Origin: a virus
Lineage: Duplodnaviria; Caudoviricetes
Strand: one strand, 5' to 3'
Virus record (IMG/VR): IMGVR_UViG_3300031992_002338
Length of the DNA: 64,000 nt
The notes under the pieces were generated by a model. The model saw nothing but the letters and a program-made list of their open reading frames with translations, did no database searches and had not been told where the DNA came from. A program made the translations under genes and the position numbers. Positions 18,017-27,936 of this stretch are shown here, one piece after another; position 1 is the stretch's first letter, and each line of letters begins with the position of its first letter.

Positions 18017-18590
18017 CTGCTTTTTTCTTACGTTCAGATACCATTTTGTAATAAGCCTTTCTATCCTCTTTTTTTACAGCTAGCTCTCTATCCCTCACTT
18101 CCTTCATTTCTTCGGCTCTAGACTTCTGGAAATAGTCATATATTGTAACGTCCACATTAGTTAATGATTTGTTAAAAATCTCCATAATACGTTCTTTGTC
18201 CCCATTGCCATCGAACCTACTAGAACCAAGCAAAGGGCAAGCGATTTTCTTGCCCTTATATTTGATATTCACTAGCTTAAGAGCATTTTCCAATGCATCA
18301 TATGAAAGATAGTCTTTTTCTAAATCTGGTCTAAAATTATAACCCTTTGCAATAAAACAAAGACAAAACGTAGGCTCATTTTCAGATTTGCATTCAAGTA
18401 TCGTACCCATCTTATCCATATCACCGTATTTGGTCTCTAGATTCTTCTCATAGACATACGGATAGTTAAGCATAACTTTCAACTGTATGCCTTGAGACAT
18501 GGTGCAATATATGTTTGTTCCTATGAGTATAATGTCATAGTCACAAAAGTGCAAGTATATGTCTTCGTCTTTAATTACATTAATCATCAA
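17979..18590 (-). CDS. Macrodomain (ADP-ribose hydrolase-like) protein
   Basis: GTNIYCTMSQGIQ, YDALENAL, IACPLLGS resemble phage macrodomains. Confidence 0.65.
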   Translation of the reverse strand: MMINVIKDEDIYLHFCDYDIILIGTNIYCTMSQGIQLKVMLNYPYVYEKNLETKYGDMDKMGTILECKSENEPTFCLCFIAKGYNFRPDLEKDYLSYDALENALKLVNIKYKGKKIACPLLGSSRFDGNGDKERIMEIFNKSLTNVDVTIYDYFQKSRAEEMKEVRDRELAVKKEDRKAYYKMVSERKKKADERFKKNGHRRY

Positions 18591-19636
18591 CCAAATCCTT
18601 TCACTACTTTAACACTTTTTTGAGGAACACGCTCTAGATTAGGATGCGGATTGCACCTAGTTTGAGTTGCTGGAATTTCGCATGGTTCATCAATCCAATC
18701 GTTCTGCATTGAATTTTCGCCCACATTATTAGTAAAACCAATTTTCTTAGCTTCGTCCTCAGTAACCTTAATCTTACCGTTACGTTTGATAATTTCTTCA
18801 AGTCTATCGAAAATGGCAACCTCACTGATTCCATCCACATAAATACCTTGAATAACCTCTTTTACAAAGTCGAAAGTATAACCCTCAGTCTTTGAAACAT
18901 ATCTCTCGATGTCAGCCTTAACGTTTTCATCGTTTACGTCTATGCCACTATCTGACAGTTTCATTTCAATATATGCCTTTCTAATCTCAGCATTAGGCTT
19001 CTTATACTCAATAACAAGATTAAAACGGCTAGGTCTGCAAGTAAACCTCTTCTCAAGAATCTCTGGATAGTTTGTTGTTGCAATCGTAACCACATTGTCA
19101 AACTGTCCGTTACCATCCAATGTTTGAAGTAGTAACGCAGTATAGCTTTCATGGTTTGCCAAACGCTCAAAGTCCTCAATGATTGTAACAACTTTTCTAT
19201 TTGGCTCTACATTTCTGAAACGCTCCATCACAGTCCTATATGAAGATAGGTCTTCTGTACTGTCAATGCAGATAACTATACCATCGTATTCATCAATAAG
19301 CTTCTTTGAAATAATATTAATGAGGGAGGTTTTACCATTACCTGGAAGAGAATATAGCAATATGTTCCTCTTATACACATTACCAAACTTACGATACCTA
19401 TCTTCTGATTTCCAGAATGTCTGAATATCATTCAAAATGGCATTCTGTACGTCATTAGGTAACACATAAAGGTTAGGCATTATAACCTCTTTACTTGCTA
19501 AATAAACTCTATTGTGATAACTGTCATATACTGGCTTATAGAAGCCGCTAGGAAGGATGTCTCTAGTCTCACCTATCGGTTCGTAACAATTTCCTTCTTT
19601 TAGATAACGCTCATAATGTCGCTCTTTTTTTTCCAT
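18587..19636 (-). CDS. AAA+ ATPase
   Basis: Walker A variant YSLPGNGKT, Walker B IIEDFE, ATTNYPE, RPSRF. Confidence 0.88.
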   Translation of the reverse strand: MEKKERHYERYLKEGNCYEPIGETRDILPSGFYKPVYDSYHNRVYLASKEVIMPNLYVLPNDVQNAILNDIQTFWKSEDRYRKFGNVYKRNILLYSLPGNGKTSLINIISKKLIDEYDGIVICIDSTEDLSSYRTVMERFRNVEPNRKVVTIIEDFERLANHESYTALLLQTLDGNGQFDNVVTIATTNYPEILEKRFTCRPSRFNLVIEYKKPNAEIRKAYIEMKLSDSGIDVNDENVKADIERYVSKTEGYTFDFVKEVIQGIYVDGISEVAIFDRLEEIIKRNGKIKVTEDEAKKIGFTNNVGENSMQNDWIDEPCEIPATQTRCNPHPNLERVPQKSVKVVKGFG

Positions 19637-19643
19637 ATTTGAA

Positions 19644-20720
19644 TTATTTGAAATTTTGATGTTCTTTAAGCTTTAAAAGAAGTTTTTTCTCTTCTTCCGT
19701 AACATTCTTAGGTATTTTAATATTAACTATACCCAACATATCTCCTGCTTTGTTAGTGCCATATATAGGAATACCATAACCCCTAAATCTAAGCTTATGC
19801 CCATCAGATGTACCACTAGGAATCTTAGCTGTTAACTGTTTACCATCAACAGTATTAACATCAACATTGCAACCAAGAATGGCATCTATAATATTTAACT
19901 CTATTGGGAAATATAAATCATTTCCATCAACCTCATATCTACCGTCATCAGCTATTTGAATATTAATAATCAAATCACCAACAGTACCTTTTCCGTGAGG
20001 TGGGTAATTACCTTTTCCACCAATTATTACATTCATGCCATCAAGCAATCCTTTGCCTAATTTTATTTCAGTCTCTTCAGTGACCTTCTGAACAATTCCA
20101 TGGCCTTGACAATGAGGACAAGGATTTTCAACTTGTTTTCCTTTACCACCACAAGTTGGGCAAGTCTGATGCATGGACATAAAGCCATTTTGAGAGAATA
20201 TAAAACCACTTCCACCACAAGTTCTACATACCTTTTCTTTGGTTTTATCAGTTTTACCAGTACCACCACAATGTTCACAAGGTTCAAACCTCTTATATTT
20301 TATCTTCTTGGTAACACCTTTGTATGAATCCTCCAAAGTAAGCTTTAAATTAATTCTAATACTGCTGCCCTTAACGTTTCTTGGTTCACTCTTTCTAGAG
20401 CTACCAAAACCAAAATCCATTCCACCAAAACCAAAATGTCTGAGTATGTCTTCCATACCCATTCCACCAAAATCTGGCCCTCCGCTAGAATAAAAATCAA
20501 AGTTGGAATGTGGGTTGTCATACTCTTCTTTTTTCTTTGGGTCTGACAACACTTCATAAGCTTCAGCAGCTTCCTTAAACTTAGCTTCTGCTTCCTTATC
20601 TCCTGGATTTCTATCTGGATGAAACTTCAAAGATAATTTGCGGAAAGCTTTTTTAATTTCATCTTGAGTTGCATCTTTACTAACACCAAGAATTTTATAA
20701 TAATCTTTTTTATCAGCCAT
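19644..20720 (-). CDS. dnaJ: Chaperone DnaJ
   Basis: J domain HPD, G/F-rich region, four CxxCxGxG repeats. Confidence 0.96.
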   Translation of the reverse strand: MADKKDYYKILGVSKDATQDEIKKAFRKLSLKFHPDRNPGDKEAEAKFKEAAEAYEVLSDPKKKEEYDNPHSNFDFYSSGGPDFGGMGMEDILRHFGFGGMDFGFGSSRKSEPRNVKGSSIRINLKLTLEDSYKGVTKKIKYKRFEPCEHCGGTGKTDKTKEKVCRTCGGSGFIFSQNGFMSMHQTCPTCGGKGKQVENPCPHCQGHGIVQKVTEETEIKLGKGLLDGMNVIIGGKGNYPPHGKGTVGDLIINIQIADDGRYEVDGNDLYFPIELNIIDAILGCNVDVNTVDGKQLTAKIPSGTSDGHKLRFRGYGIPIYGTNKAGDMLGIVNIKIPKNVTEEEKKLLLKLKEHQNFK

Positions 20721-20749
20721 TATTCTTCTATTAAGTTATCAATTTTATG

Positions 20750-20781
20750 CAAAGATATAAATTTTATTTCAAAAACACAAA
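20750..20781 (-). promoter_or_regulatory. Bacteroidota-type promoter for the dnaJ operon
   Basis: TTTG-N20-TATCTTTG. Confidence 0.72.
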
Positions 20782-20789
20782 TAAAAACA

Positions 20790-20830
20790 TAAAAATCTGA
20801 GAGACTTGTTGGGAAAGCCCCTCAGATTTA
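20790..20830 (-). terminator. dnaK terminator
   Basis: AAAATCTGAG...CTCAGATTTT inverted repeat with U-tract. Confidence 0.65.
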
Positions 20831-20849
20831 CCCTAATTATTTTTCTTAA

Positions 20850-22751
20850 TCAACCTACCTCTTCAAAATCTGCATCTTGTACGTCATTAGGCTGTTCTGC
20901 TGCTGATTCTGCAACCTCTTCGTCAGTAGGCTGCTGTGTGGTATGCTGACTTTGATTGTTGGCATATACACGCTGAGAAACTGTTTGCCAAGTCTCATTG
21001 ATAGAAGCCTCAAGTTCGTTAATCTTATTAACGTCTTTTGCTTTAACAGCATCCTTCATCTGAGAAACCAAACCATCAAGCTTTGTCTTTTCATCTGAAG
21101 TGAGATTGCCTTTCTGCTCTTCAATAAGTTTCTCTTGAGAGAATACAATATTCTCACCCTTATTAATTGTTTCAGCCTCTTCCTTTGCTTTCTTGTCAGC
21201 ATCAGCATACTTCTCAGCCTCTGCCTTGATGCGGTTAATCTCTTCATCAGAAAGCTTATTACTGCCCTCAATACGAATTGATTGCTCCTTTCCAGTACCT
21301 TTATCCTTTGCAGAAACCTTAAGGATACCATTGACATCCATATCGAACGAAACCTCAATCTGAGGAACGTGTGCGGGCGCAGGAAGTATTCCTTCCAAAT
21401 TAAACTGGCCAAGTGACTTGTTATCTTTAGCCATAGGACGTTCACCTTGCATAACATTCACTGTTACAACCGTCTGATTTGCTACTGCCGTAGTGAACGT
21501 TTCTTTCTTTGTGCAAGGAATTGTAGTGTTTGCCTCAATCAACTTGGTGAAAACACCACCCATAGTTTCAATTCCTAAACTGATTGGACAAACGTCCACC
21601 AACAATATGTCAGTTGACCCTTCACCTCCTACAATGTTATTGGCTTGGATTGCCGCACCTTCTGCTACAGCCAAATCCATATTTGAACTCTTAATCAGTT
21701 CAACGCCAAATTCAGCTTTAAGCCTCTCTTGTACAAAAGGAATACGACAAGAACCACCAATAAGTAAGATACCATCAAGCTCGCTCTTATCAATCTTTGC
21801 AAGCTCAACTGCTTTCTTTGCACATCCAATCAACTTGTCTACAATTGGTGTAATAAGCTGTTCAAACTTAGCCTTAGTAAGACTTGTTGCCAAATGCAAA
21901 GGCGTATTGTCCTTAATAGTTATATAAGGTATGTTAATGTCAGTAGATGATGCATTAGATAGCTCAATCTTTGCTTTCTCAACAGCCTCAAGAACTCTAG
22001 TCATTGCTTGTGGGTCTTTAGTTATGTCAACACCATTTAACTCGTTGAACTCCTTAACAACGTGGTCAGCAACCAACTTGTCAATGTCACTACCTCCAAG
22101 GTAAACATCACCATTTGTAGACAATATCTCAACAACACCATCAGAAATATCAGCAATAGAGTTATCTTCAGTGCTACCACCGAAGTCTACTACCATATAT
22201 TTACCACCCTTTTGCATATCAATGTTTGATGACAAGATGGCAGCAGTAGGCTCTGCAATAATACGAAGAACATTAAGTCCAGCTAATTCACCAGCTTGCT
22301 TGGTTGCTTGTCTAGCAGCATCATTAAAAAATGCTGGAACCGTTATTACTGCGTCTTTGACTTCTTCGCCAAGATAATCTTCTGCAACCTTTTTCATCTT
22401 ACCAACAATGTATGATGAAATTTCTTCTGGTGAAAATGTTCTATCGTCAATTTTAACCCTTGGTTTATTGTTTTCATTTACAATGTCATATTGGACATGC
22501 TTAATTGCTTCTGAGCTTTCAGCATATGTTGCGCCCATAAACCTTTTAATAAGGTATACAGTATTTTTAGGATTAACAATTTGTTGCCTTTTTGCTGAAG
22601 CACCAACTTTACGCTCCCCATTATTAATTGACACTACTGATGGTGTTAGATAACTGCCATCTTCATTTGCAACAACTGTTGCTTTACCACCTTCAATAAT
22701 AGCCACCTCTGATTGGGTGCTGCCTAAATCAATACCAATAACTTTACTCAT
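20850..22751 (-). CDS. dnaK: Chaperone DnaK (Hsp70)
   Basis: GIDLG, TVPAFF, EPTAA, DILLVDV linker, [15 protein letters not shown] tail. Confidence 0.97.
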   Translation of the reverse strand: MSKVIGIDLGSTQSEVAIIEGGKATVVANEDGSYLTPSVVSINNGERKVGASAKRQQIVNPKNTVYLIKRFMGATYAESSEAIKHVQYDIVNENNKPRVKIDDRTFSPEEISSYIVGKMKKVAEDYLGEEVKDAVITVPAFFNDAARQATKQAGELAGLNVLRIIAEPTAAILSSNIDMQKGGKYMVVDFGGSTEDNSIADISDGVVEILSTNGDVYLGGSDIDKLVADHVVKEFNELNGVDITKDPQAMTRVLEAVEKAKIELSNASSTDINIPYITIKDNTPLHLATSLTKAKFEQLITPIVDKLIGCAKKAVELAKIDKSELDGILLIGGSCRIPFVQERLKAEFGVELIKSSNMDLAVAEGAAIQANNIVGGEGSTDILLVDVCPISLGIETMGGVFTKLIEANTTIPCTKKETFTTAVANQTVVTVNVMQGERPMAKDNKSLGQFNLEGILPAPAHVPQIEVSFDMDVNGILKVSAKDKGTGKEQSIRIEGSNKLSDEEINRIKAEAEKYADADKKAKEEAETINKGENIVFSQEKLIEEQKGNLTSDEKTKLDGLVSQMKDAVKAKDVNKINELEASINETWQTVSQRVYANNQSQHTTQQPTDEEVAESAAEQPNDVQDADFEEVG

Positions 22752-22804
22752 TTTATTTTTTTTTATTTATATTATATATTATTTTTTCCTTTTGCCTTTA
22801 TATA

Positions 22805-22820
22805 TGCAAATACTGTGCCA
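22805..22820 (-). promoter_or_regulatory. sigma54 (-24/-12) promoter upstream of dnaK
   Basis: TGGCAC-AGTAT-TTGCA with exact GG-N10-GC spacing. Confidence 0.7.
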
Positions 22821-22822
22821 AA

Positions 22823-23125
22823 CTATTTATTTTTAAAAAATTCAATTGCAGCTTCTTTCGAGAAAAAGATAATCTCATTATCATGAGTTTTTACTGTGGG
22901 ATAACTAACTACTTTTGAATATGTGTCTGTAAATTTTGGATGAGCATTGATGGTTTTACCATTCTTATCAAACCCAAAATGGAAATACAATACATCTTTA
23001 GGATTTCCCATCAAGCCATACTCTTTAACAGTTCTACTACAAATGTATTTCCCATCATTATTGTAAAAATACACTCTGTCCCTTAATCTTAAATCTCTTG
23101 CTGTTTTCATAAAATTAAATTTCAA
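22823..23125 (-). CDS. hypothetical protein
   Basis: ORF after promoter; likely start is ATG at ~23110. Confidence 0.6.
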   Translation of the reverse strand: MKFNFMKTARDLRLRDRVYFYNNDGKYICSRTVKEYGLMGNPKDVLYFHFGFDKNGKTINAHPKFTDTYSKVVSYPTVKTHDNEIIFFSKEAAIEFFKNK

Positions 23126-23160
23126 AATTTATCACTAAATGGTGTTATTAACATTCTATG

Positions 23161-23210
23161 CAAATATACGAAAAAAAATTGAGATAACCAAATTATTATC
23201 TCAACTTTTA
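23161..23210 (-). promoter_or_regulatory. Promoter overlapping a terminator hairpin
   Basis: TTTG-N20-TATATTTG; TTTG in the loop of TTGAGATAA/TTATCTCAA. Confidence 0.72.
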
Positions 23211-23235
23211 ATATTATTTAACAAAAAGTCAACTT

Positions 23236-23646
23236 TTAAGGCAAATATTCTTCTATGTCTTCCGTAATGTGTGCCAATTTCGTATAAATTTCTGCCATAA
23301 TAGCATCATCCGTAAGCATTGTGACATCTGATGTTTCAAGTGAACCTAATGTTTGTCCCTTTTCAATCCTTGATTTTGCAATATCTATACCAATTTGTTC
23401 GTCAAACGTGTCAGATGGGTGACAAATTGACACACCTAGTGTCAGTTTTCTTTTTAATAGTTTATTTGAAGGATATGAAAGAACACCATCAACAAATGAG
23501 CCTTCCTTAACTTCTACTGGTACAACCTCTTGTACAATTTGCCGTTCTCTTGTTTGTACAAGCTTTCCAACAACTGTAACAATATGCTTCTCTCCGATTG
23601 AGTCTTCACAAGAGGCATACATACTAAAATACTTTACTCTACTCAT
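23236..23646 (-). CDS. hypothetical phage protein
   Basis: SICHPSDTFDEQIG motif. Confidence 0.75.
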   Translation of the reverse strand: MSRVKYFSMYASCEDSIGEKHIVTVVGKLVQTRERQIVQEVVPVEVKEGSFVDGVLSYPSNKLLKRKLTLGVSICHPSDTFDEQIGIDIAKSRIEKGQTLGSLETSDVTMLTDDAIMAEIYTKLAHITEDIEEYLP

Positions 23647-23657
23647 AACTAGATAGT

Positions 23658-23825
23658 TTAATTTGAATTATTATTTCCACTTACAATTATTTCATCGTCA
23701 GGTTTTAACAAACGATAAACTTCAATAATTTCTTCTGGTGTAGCGTTTGTGAAATCATATTCGTTTTCGTTTACCTTGAATTTCTCAAAGTTCTTCCACA
23801 ACAATTCTCTGTCATCCAATTTCAT
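23658..23825 (-). CDS. 55-aa small protein
   Basis: ATG..TAA filling the operon gap (MKLDDRELLWKNFEK...). Confidence 0.6.
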   Translation of the reverse strand: MKLDDRELLWKNFEKFKVNENEYDFTNATPEEIIEVYRLLKPDDEIIVSGNNNSN

Positions 23826-23826
23826 A

Positions 23827-24027
23827 TTAAAATGTATTCTTTTGAATTTTTACTTTCCTCACATAATTTGAATCTTGAATTAAGTTTAGGAATATGGAAT
23901 TATATCCAGATGGTATAGGTCCACCATTTACCCATATCTGCCCTCTAAAGGCAATTATTTCCGTTCCCTCTGGCAATCTGCCATATTGACATTCATAAGG
24001 TTTAATTAATATATACTTTTCGTTCAT
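23827..24027 (-). CDS. hypothetical protein
   Basis: Operon ORF. Confidence 0.65.
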   Translation of the reverse strand: MNEKYILIKPYECQYGRLPEGTEIIAFRGQIWVNGGPIPSGYNSIFLNLIQDSNYVRKVKIQKNTF

Positions 24028-24506
24028 GATTTAATTTTTTCTAAGTTGTCACTAATATGTTTCAATATCGGTGACATTATTTCATCTACTTTTTTCCAAT
24101 CAACGTGTGGTCTGTTACAACCTTCTAACCACTCGTGTGGCGAATTTACATTACGGTCATCAATACAGAAGACAGCAAAGCTTTTTGTAACCCCATCTTC
24201 ATCTTGTAATGGATTCCTTCTTAAACCATAAAGTTTTATACCTTCATTTTCAAGAATTGTTAGTGGTTCTTTTAAAATTTCATCGTGTCTCATTGAATTA
24301 AGAATCCAACCTACATTATAATCCTTAGTCCAACGTTTCATAACTTCAAAAGCTTCGTAATTAAGTTCCATTGTTCCCTTTTCCCAAGAGGAACATTTAG
24401 TTAATGTATAATCCCAATCAACTTCAATTGGAATTATCCATCTTCCGTCTTCACTACGCTCACTATAATACAATACTTCATCTATAATACCATTATACTT
24501 TTCCAT
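24024..24506 (-). CDS. HAD-superfamily phosphatase-like protein
   Basis: VDWDYTL motif I, ILNSMR, IDDRN motif IV. Confidence 0.75.
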   Translation of the reverse strand: MEKYNGIIDEVLYYSERSEDGRWIIPIEVDWDYTLTKCSSWEKGTMELNYEAFEVMKRWTKDYNVGWILNSMRHDEILKEPLTILENEGIKLYGLRRNPLQDEDGVTKSFAVFCIDDRNVNSPHEWLEGCNRPHVDWKKVDEIMSPILKHISDNLEKIKS

Positions 24507-24593
24507 TTCTATTATTTTTGGTAATAATATAGCAGTTGGCCTATTTTATACTTTTAAGAAAGGCAACCACTTTATCTGCTTTTTCTTTATTAA

Positions 24594-25157
24594 TCATCTT
24601 TCTGGGTGTACTAATTCATCCTCATAATCCTCACCATTGGCATAGCAATTTATCTTATGCTTTTTCCAATAAGCATGATTAAGTCTTCTTAATACCCCTT
24701 GATTCAATATAGTTGTATAGTCGTTTCTGTCTTCATACTCTATATCGAAATCCTCTCCGAATGTTCTGTAGATGAACTCACCGAAAGCACGAGAACGAGA
24801 CATACCAGCCCTACAATGAATGTAGAAAGTTGTTCTGCCTTGGTTAACCATATTCTCAATGAACTCAACGGCTTTCTCTGCTTGCTCCATCCTCATTGTC
24901 TTGAAGATGTGTCCGTCATAATCTACATCGGTTGAAATATCATCAAAATCTAGGTTTAACACATTTTCATGGTGATTCATGAAAAAGTGCTTTGTCTCAC
25001 CTTCATCAAGATAATACTCTAAGCATTCTCTAGTTCCTATAATAGATATGAAAGCAGTATCTTTCAGATTATCTACATTTTGATTATTCAACCCCCATTC
25101 TCTCATCTTCTCATCAAACAGATAATGAGAAAGTACAACTATTTTACCTTTAGCCAT
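24594..25157 (-). CDS. Protein-tyrosine/dual-specificity phosphatase
   Basis: HCRAGMSRS (CX5R), LDFDD. Confidence 0.85.
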   Translation of the reverse strand: MAKGKIVVLSHYLFDEKMREWGLNNQNVDNLKDTAFISIIGTRECLEYYLDEGETKHFFMNHHENVLNLDFDDISTDVDYDGHIFKTMRMEQAEKAVEFIENMVNQGRTTFYIHCRAGMSRSRAFGEFIYRTFGEDFDIEYEDRNDYTTILNQGVLRRLNHAYWKKHKINCYANGEDYEDELVHPER

Positions 25158-25429
25158 TTATTTAATTTTGTTTTATACGACCATTTTAATGATGGTATTG
25201 CTTTTTGTAATGCTTTCTTGTAAGCACCTAGAAGCTTTTCATCATGTACCCAAAATCCAAATGAGCCATTCATTTTCTCTTTATTATATTTGGTTACATA
25301 TATCTGGTATACCATATCATTTGTTTCACTGTAAGCCCAAAACTCTGCTCCCATTGGTCTATATAACTTCATCACCTCGACTTTTAGACCAAATACTTTA
25401 GCTACAGTATTAAATATTTTTTCATACAT
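25139..25429 (-). CDS. hypothetical protein
   Basis: Operon ORF. Confidence 0.6.
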   Translation of the reverse strand: MYEKIFNTVAKVFGLKVEVMKLYRPMGAEFWAYSETNDMVYQIYVTKYNKEKMNGSFGFWVHDEKLLGAYKKALQKAIPSLKWSYKTKLNKWLKVK

Positions 25430-25432
25430 AAT

Positions 25433-25777
25433 TTAATAAATATAACATGAATCGTAATTTGAGTAGGTTCTAGAAGAATACGTATAAGATGTTGTGGTTG
25501 TATAATCGTTATACCCTTTTAAATATTCATTCAAGTATTTACCCCAATCAAATTTAGGTCTATATTCAACTTCGTTTACAGTGCCATATAACTCCCTTTT
25601 ATATTTAAGTGACAAACTTTTTAATTTGTAGAAAGTCATATATAATGCATCTAGCTCGTCATCTGTTTTTGCTAGAGATTGGAAATAATAGAAATCTACA
25701 AGGCTGCTATTTATCACTTTCTTTAGATTCTCTATTCTTTTTCTCATTTGCTCTAGATTCCATTTTTTCTCAATCAT
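25433..25777 (-). CDS. hypothetical protein
   Basis: Start at ATG (MIEKK) overlapping the upstream stop. Confidence 0.6.
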   Translation of the reverse strand: MIEKKWNLEQMRKRIENLKKVINSSLVDFYYFQSLAKTDDELDALYMTFYKLKSLSLKYKRELYGTVNEVEYRPKFDWGKYLNEYLKGYNDYTTTTSYTYSSRTYSNYDSCYIY

Positions 25778-25928
25778 ATAAGAATTCTTCTTCCCAGTTA
25801 TCAAAATCCATTGGTAATTTCTTTACTGCTCTCCTAAATGTATCATACAGCAATGAAGATGTCACTGCCGCAAATACAAATACCCCTATAACACTCAATA
25901 AGGCAAACTTTTTTATATTTGTTTTCAT
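25770..25928 (-). CDS. 52-aa membrane peptide
   Basis: MKTNIKKFALLSVIGVFVFAAVTSSLLY...; fills the operon gap. Confidence 0.55.
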   Translation of the reverse strand: MKTNIKKFALLSVIGVFVFAAVTSSLLYDTFRRAVKKLPMDFDNWEEEFLYD

Positions 25929-25948
25929 AACATTAACTGATTATTAGT

Positions 25949-26797
25949 TTATAATACTTCTCTTAATCTGCTTGTTACATCTTGTAACGCAAGTAATTCG
26001 TAGCTTCCATCATCTTTCAGCCATACTATTCGTCTCGCAATAACCTTGAGTCCAATATCCTCTAGTGGAATCTGATAACAACTCAACTGCAATGTATAGA
26101 AAGACTTTGGTTCATCATATAAATCTCCAAACGGAGGCGCAAGGAACTTTCCAATCTCATGACTGAACTGTTTTGTCAACTCCTTATTGGTCTTAAAGTC
26201 AAATATACACAAACCACTCTTGGAATCATCCTCTTCATCCTTATAGTAGAACAGAATATCAAACGTACCGCAATAATCTTGCTTTAGGTTTGTAAGTTCC
26301 TTGTTTTTTCCTGTATATACTTTTGTTTCAGCCAACACAAAGTGAAGATTAGGATGTAGTTCATTGTAAAACTTTAGTATTGCCTCTTCTTTTGGTCTTG
26401 TTGGTATCAGCCAATTCTTATCTTTAATATACTTACACTTATTATCTTCTGTTATCAACTCTGGATGTCCATTTTTCAACCATCCTAGCGATTCACCATA
26501 AGCGTGTACCAATGTACCAGTTGTTGTTGCTCTAAGATTTTTAAATTTCCATTCATCAAGCCAATGCTGTGGTGTTTCTCCATGTTTTTCAGCGTATGCT
26601 ATTGCTTGTGCTTGTTCATCAAATGGATATGCACAGAATTGGTGTGTAACCTCTGAAACAGAAGGTAGCTGTGTTCCATTTAGAAAATACTTATGCCCTT
26701 CTTCTATAAACTTAAGGTCTTTAAACTCTTCTAATATTTTATTTCTTATATCTGTAACTTCCTTTGGTTCTCCTTTAACTATTAGTTTTTTAATCAT
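25949..26797 (-). CDS. PD-(D/E)xK exonuclease (Cas4/RecB-like)
   Basis: PSVS, GTLVH, GTFDIL, DFKTNK, YTLQLSCY. Confidence 0.8.
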   Translation of the reverse strand: MIKKLIVKGEPKEVTDIRNKILEEFKDLKFIEEGHKYFLNGTQLPSVSEVTHQFCAYPFDEQAQAIAYAEKHGETPQHWLDEWKFKNLRATTTGTLVHAYGESLGWLKNGHPELITEDNKCKYIKDKNWLIPTRPKEEAILKFYNELHPNLHFVLAETKVYTGKNKELTNLKQDYCGTFDILFYYKDEEDDSKSGLCIFDFKTNKELTKQFSHEIGKFLAPPFGDLYDEPKSFYTLQLSCYQIPLEDIGLKVIARRIVWLKDDGSYELLALQDVTSRLREVL

Positions 26798-26818
26798 TAT
26801 ATATTATATATTTTTTTG

Positions 26819-26850
26819 CAAAGATATATAAAATATATTAAAAAAACAAA
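26819..26850 (-). promoter_or_regulatory. Bacteroidota-type promoter
   Basis: TTTG-N20-TATCTTTG. Confidence 0.72.
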
Positions 26851-26932
26851 TATATATATCATATTTTTTAATAAAAAAGAGGAATTGCGCATAACAATTC
26901 CTCATGATTTACATTTTATTCCCAAATTATGA

Positions 26933-27910
26933 CTACTCACAATATGGACGTGTAGACACATTGGTTGCTTTTTCTCCATTAACAATGGGTATTCCATTTA
27001 TCATTATTAATCTTTGAAATATTAATTCATTCGAGCTATTTTTTCTAAGAAAATAATCTTCCCAATCACTTGGGCAATACACAATTTCTAAAGAATTTTC
27101 ACAACCGCCAAATGGATTAGTACTACTTGAATATTTAAAATGTTTATTATCATAACCTCCAGAATCAATCCAAATTCCTCTTAAACTAGTTAATCCACTA
27201 AATGCGCCATCTAAGATATACGAACTATAACCTAATTCCCTGCCCGTTTGAACGCTACTATCTTTAGAAAAATGTCCACAAGGAATATATAAAAAATTTA
27301 TGTCATCAGTATTTGTTATACAATTTGCAGAAATACAGCCATCATCATCAAGTTTTCTAGTACCATATTCAACAAACGGTTCTATCACTTGACCATCATT
27401 ACTCACTATTCCAGCGTAAACTACACCAGAATTCTTATTATGTCTGATGTCTATAATTGGGTTAATTCCACCTTTAGAATACTTAAAATCATCGCAGATA
27501 GTAAATACTACCTCCCAATATGCTGATAAAGTCATGGTATAGTTAGATGCATTACCACAATATACTGTTTTCCCAGAAAAGTCATTTTCTCTAATGTATC
27601 TAGTCGGTTCAAATGGGGTACCAGAAACATTATCCCTATATTCAGTTGTTGAACAGTGCCCAACAATTCTGCATACTACTTGAGAGATTCCATCAGTACC
27701 AAAACTCTCACCTAAATTATATTCATTTGGTAATGGTTTATGTTTAAACCATGCTATTATTTTTTGGTTATTACAATTACTCCTAATTATTTCTTCTTTT
27801 ACTGGAACGTCATCACAATTATAATATGTTACAGAACTAGGACTATCCGCACCCCAAGGTTGACATGGATTATTAATTTGTATTCTAATTTTTCCTACTA
27901 TATCATCCAT
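26933..27910 (-). CDS. Tail/adhesin-module protein with a degenerate LRR at the C-terminus
   Basis: GAFSGLTSL, PFGGCENSL; in operon with BspA and tail fibre genes. Confidence 0.6.
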   Translation of the reverse strand: MDDIVGKIRIQINNPCQPWGADSPSSVTYYNCDDVPVKEEIIRSNCNNQKIIAWFKHKPLPNEYNLGESFGTDGISQVVCRIVGHCSTTEYRDNVSGTPFEPTRYIRENDFSGKTVYCGNASNYTMTLSAYWEVVFTICDDFKYSKGGINPIIDIRHNKNSGVVYAGIVSNDGQVIEPFVEYGTRKLDDDGCISANCITNTDDINFLYIPCGHFSKDSSVQTGRELGYSSYILDGAFSGLTSLRGIWIDSGGYDNKHFKYSSSTNPFGGCENSLEIVYCPSDWEDYFLRKNSSNELIFQRLIMINGIPIVNGEKATNVSTRPYCE

Positions 27911-27936
27911 AATTTATTTAACTATTTTAAAATTAT

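Noticed and set aside
25949-26797. CRISPR-Cas locus suggested by the Cas4-like nuclease
   Set aside because: No repeat-spacer array or other cas genes seen; best read as a stand-alone phage exonuclease.
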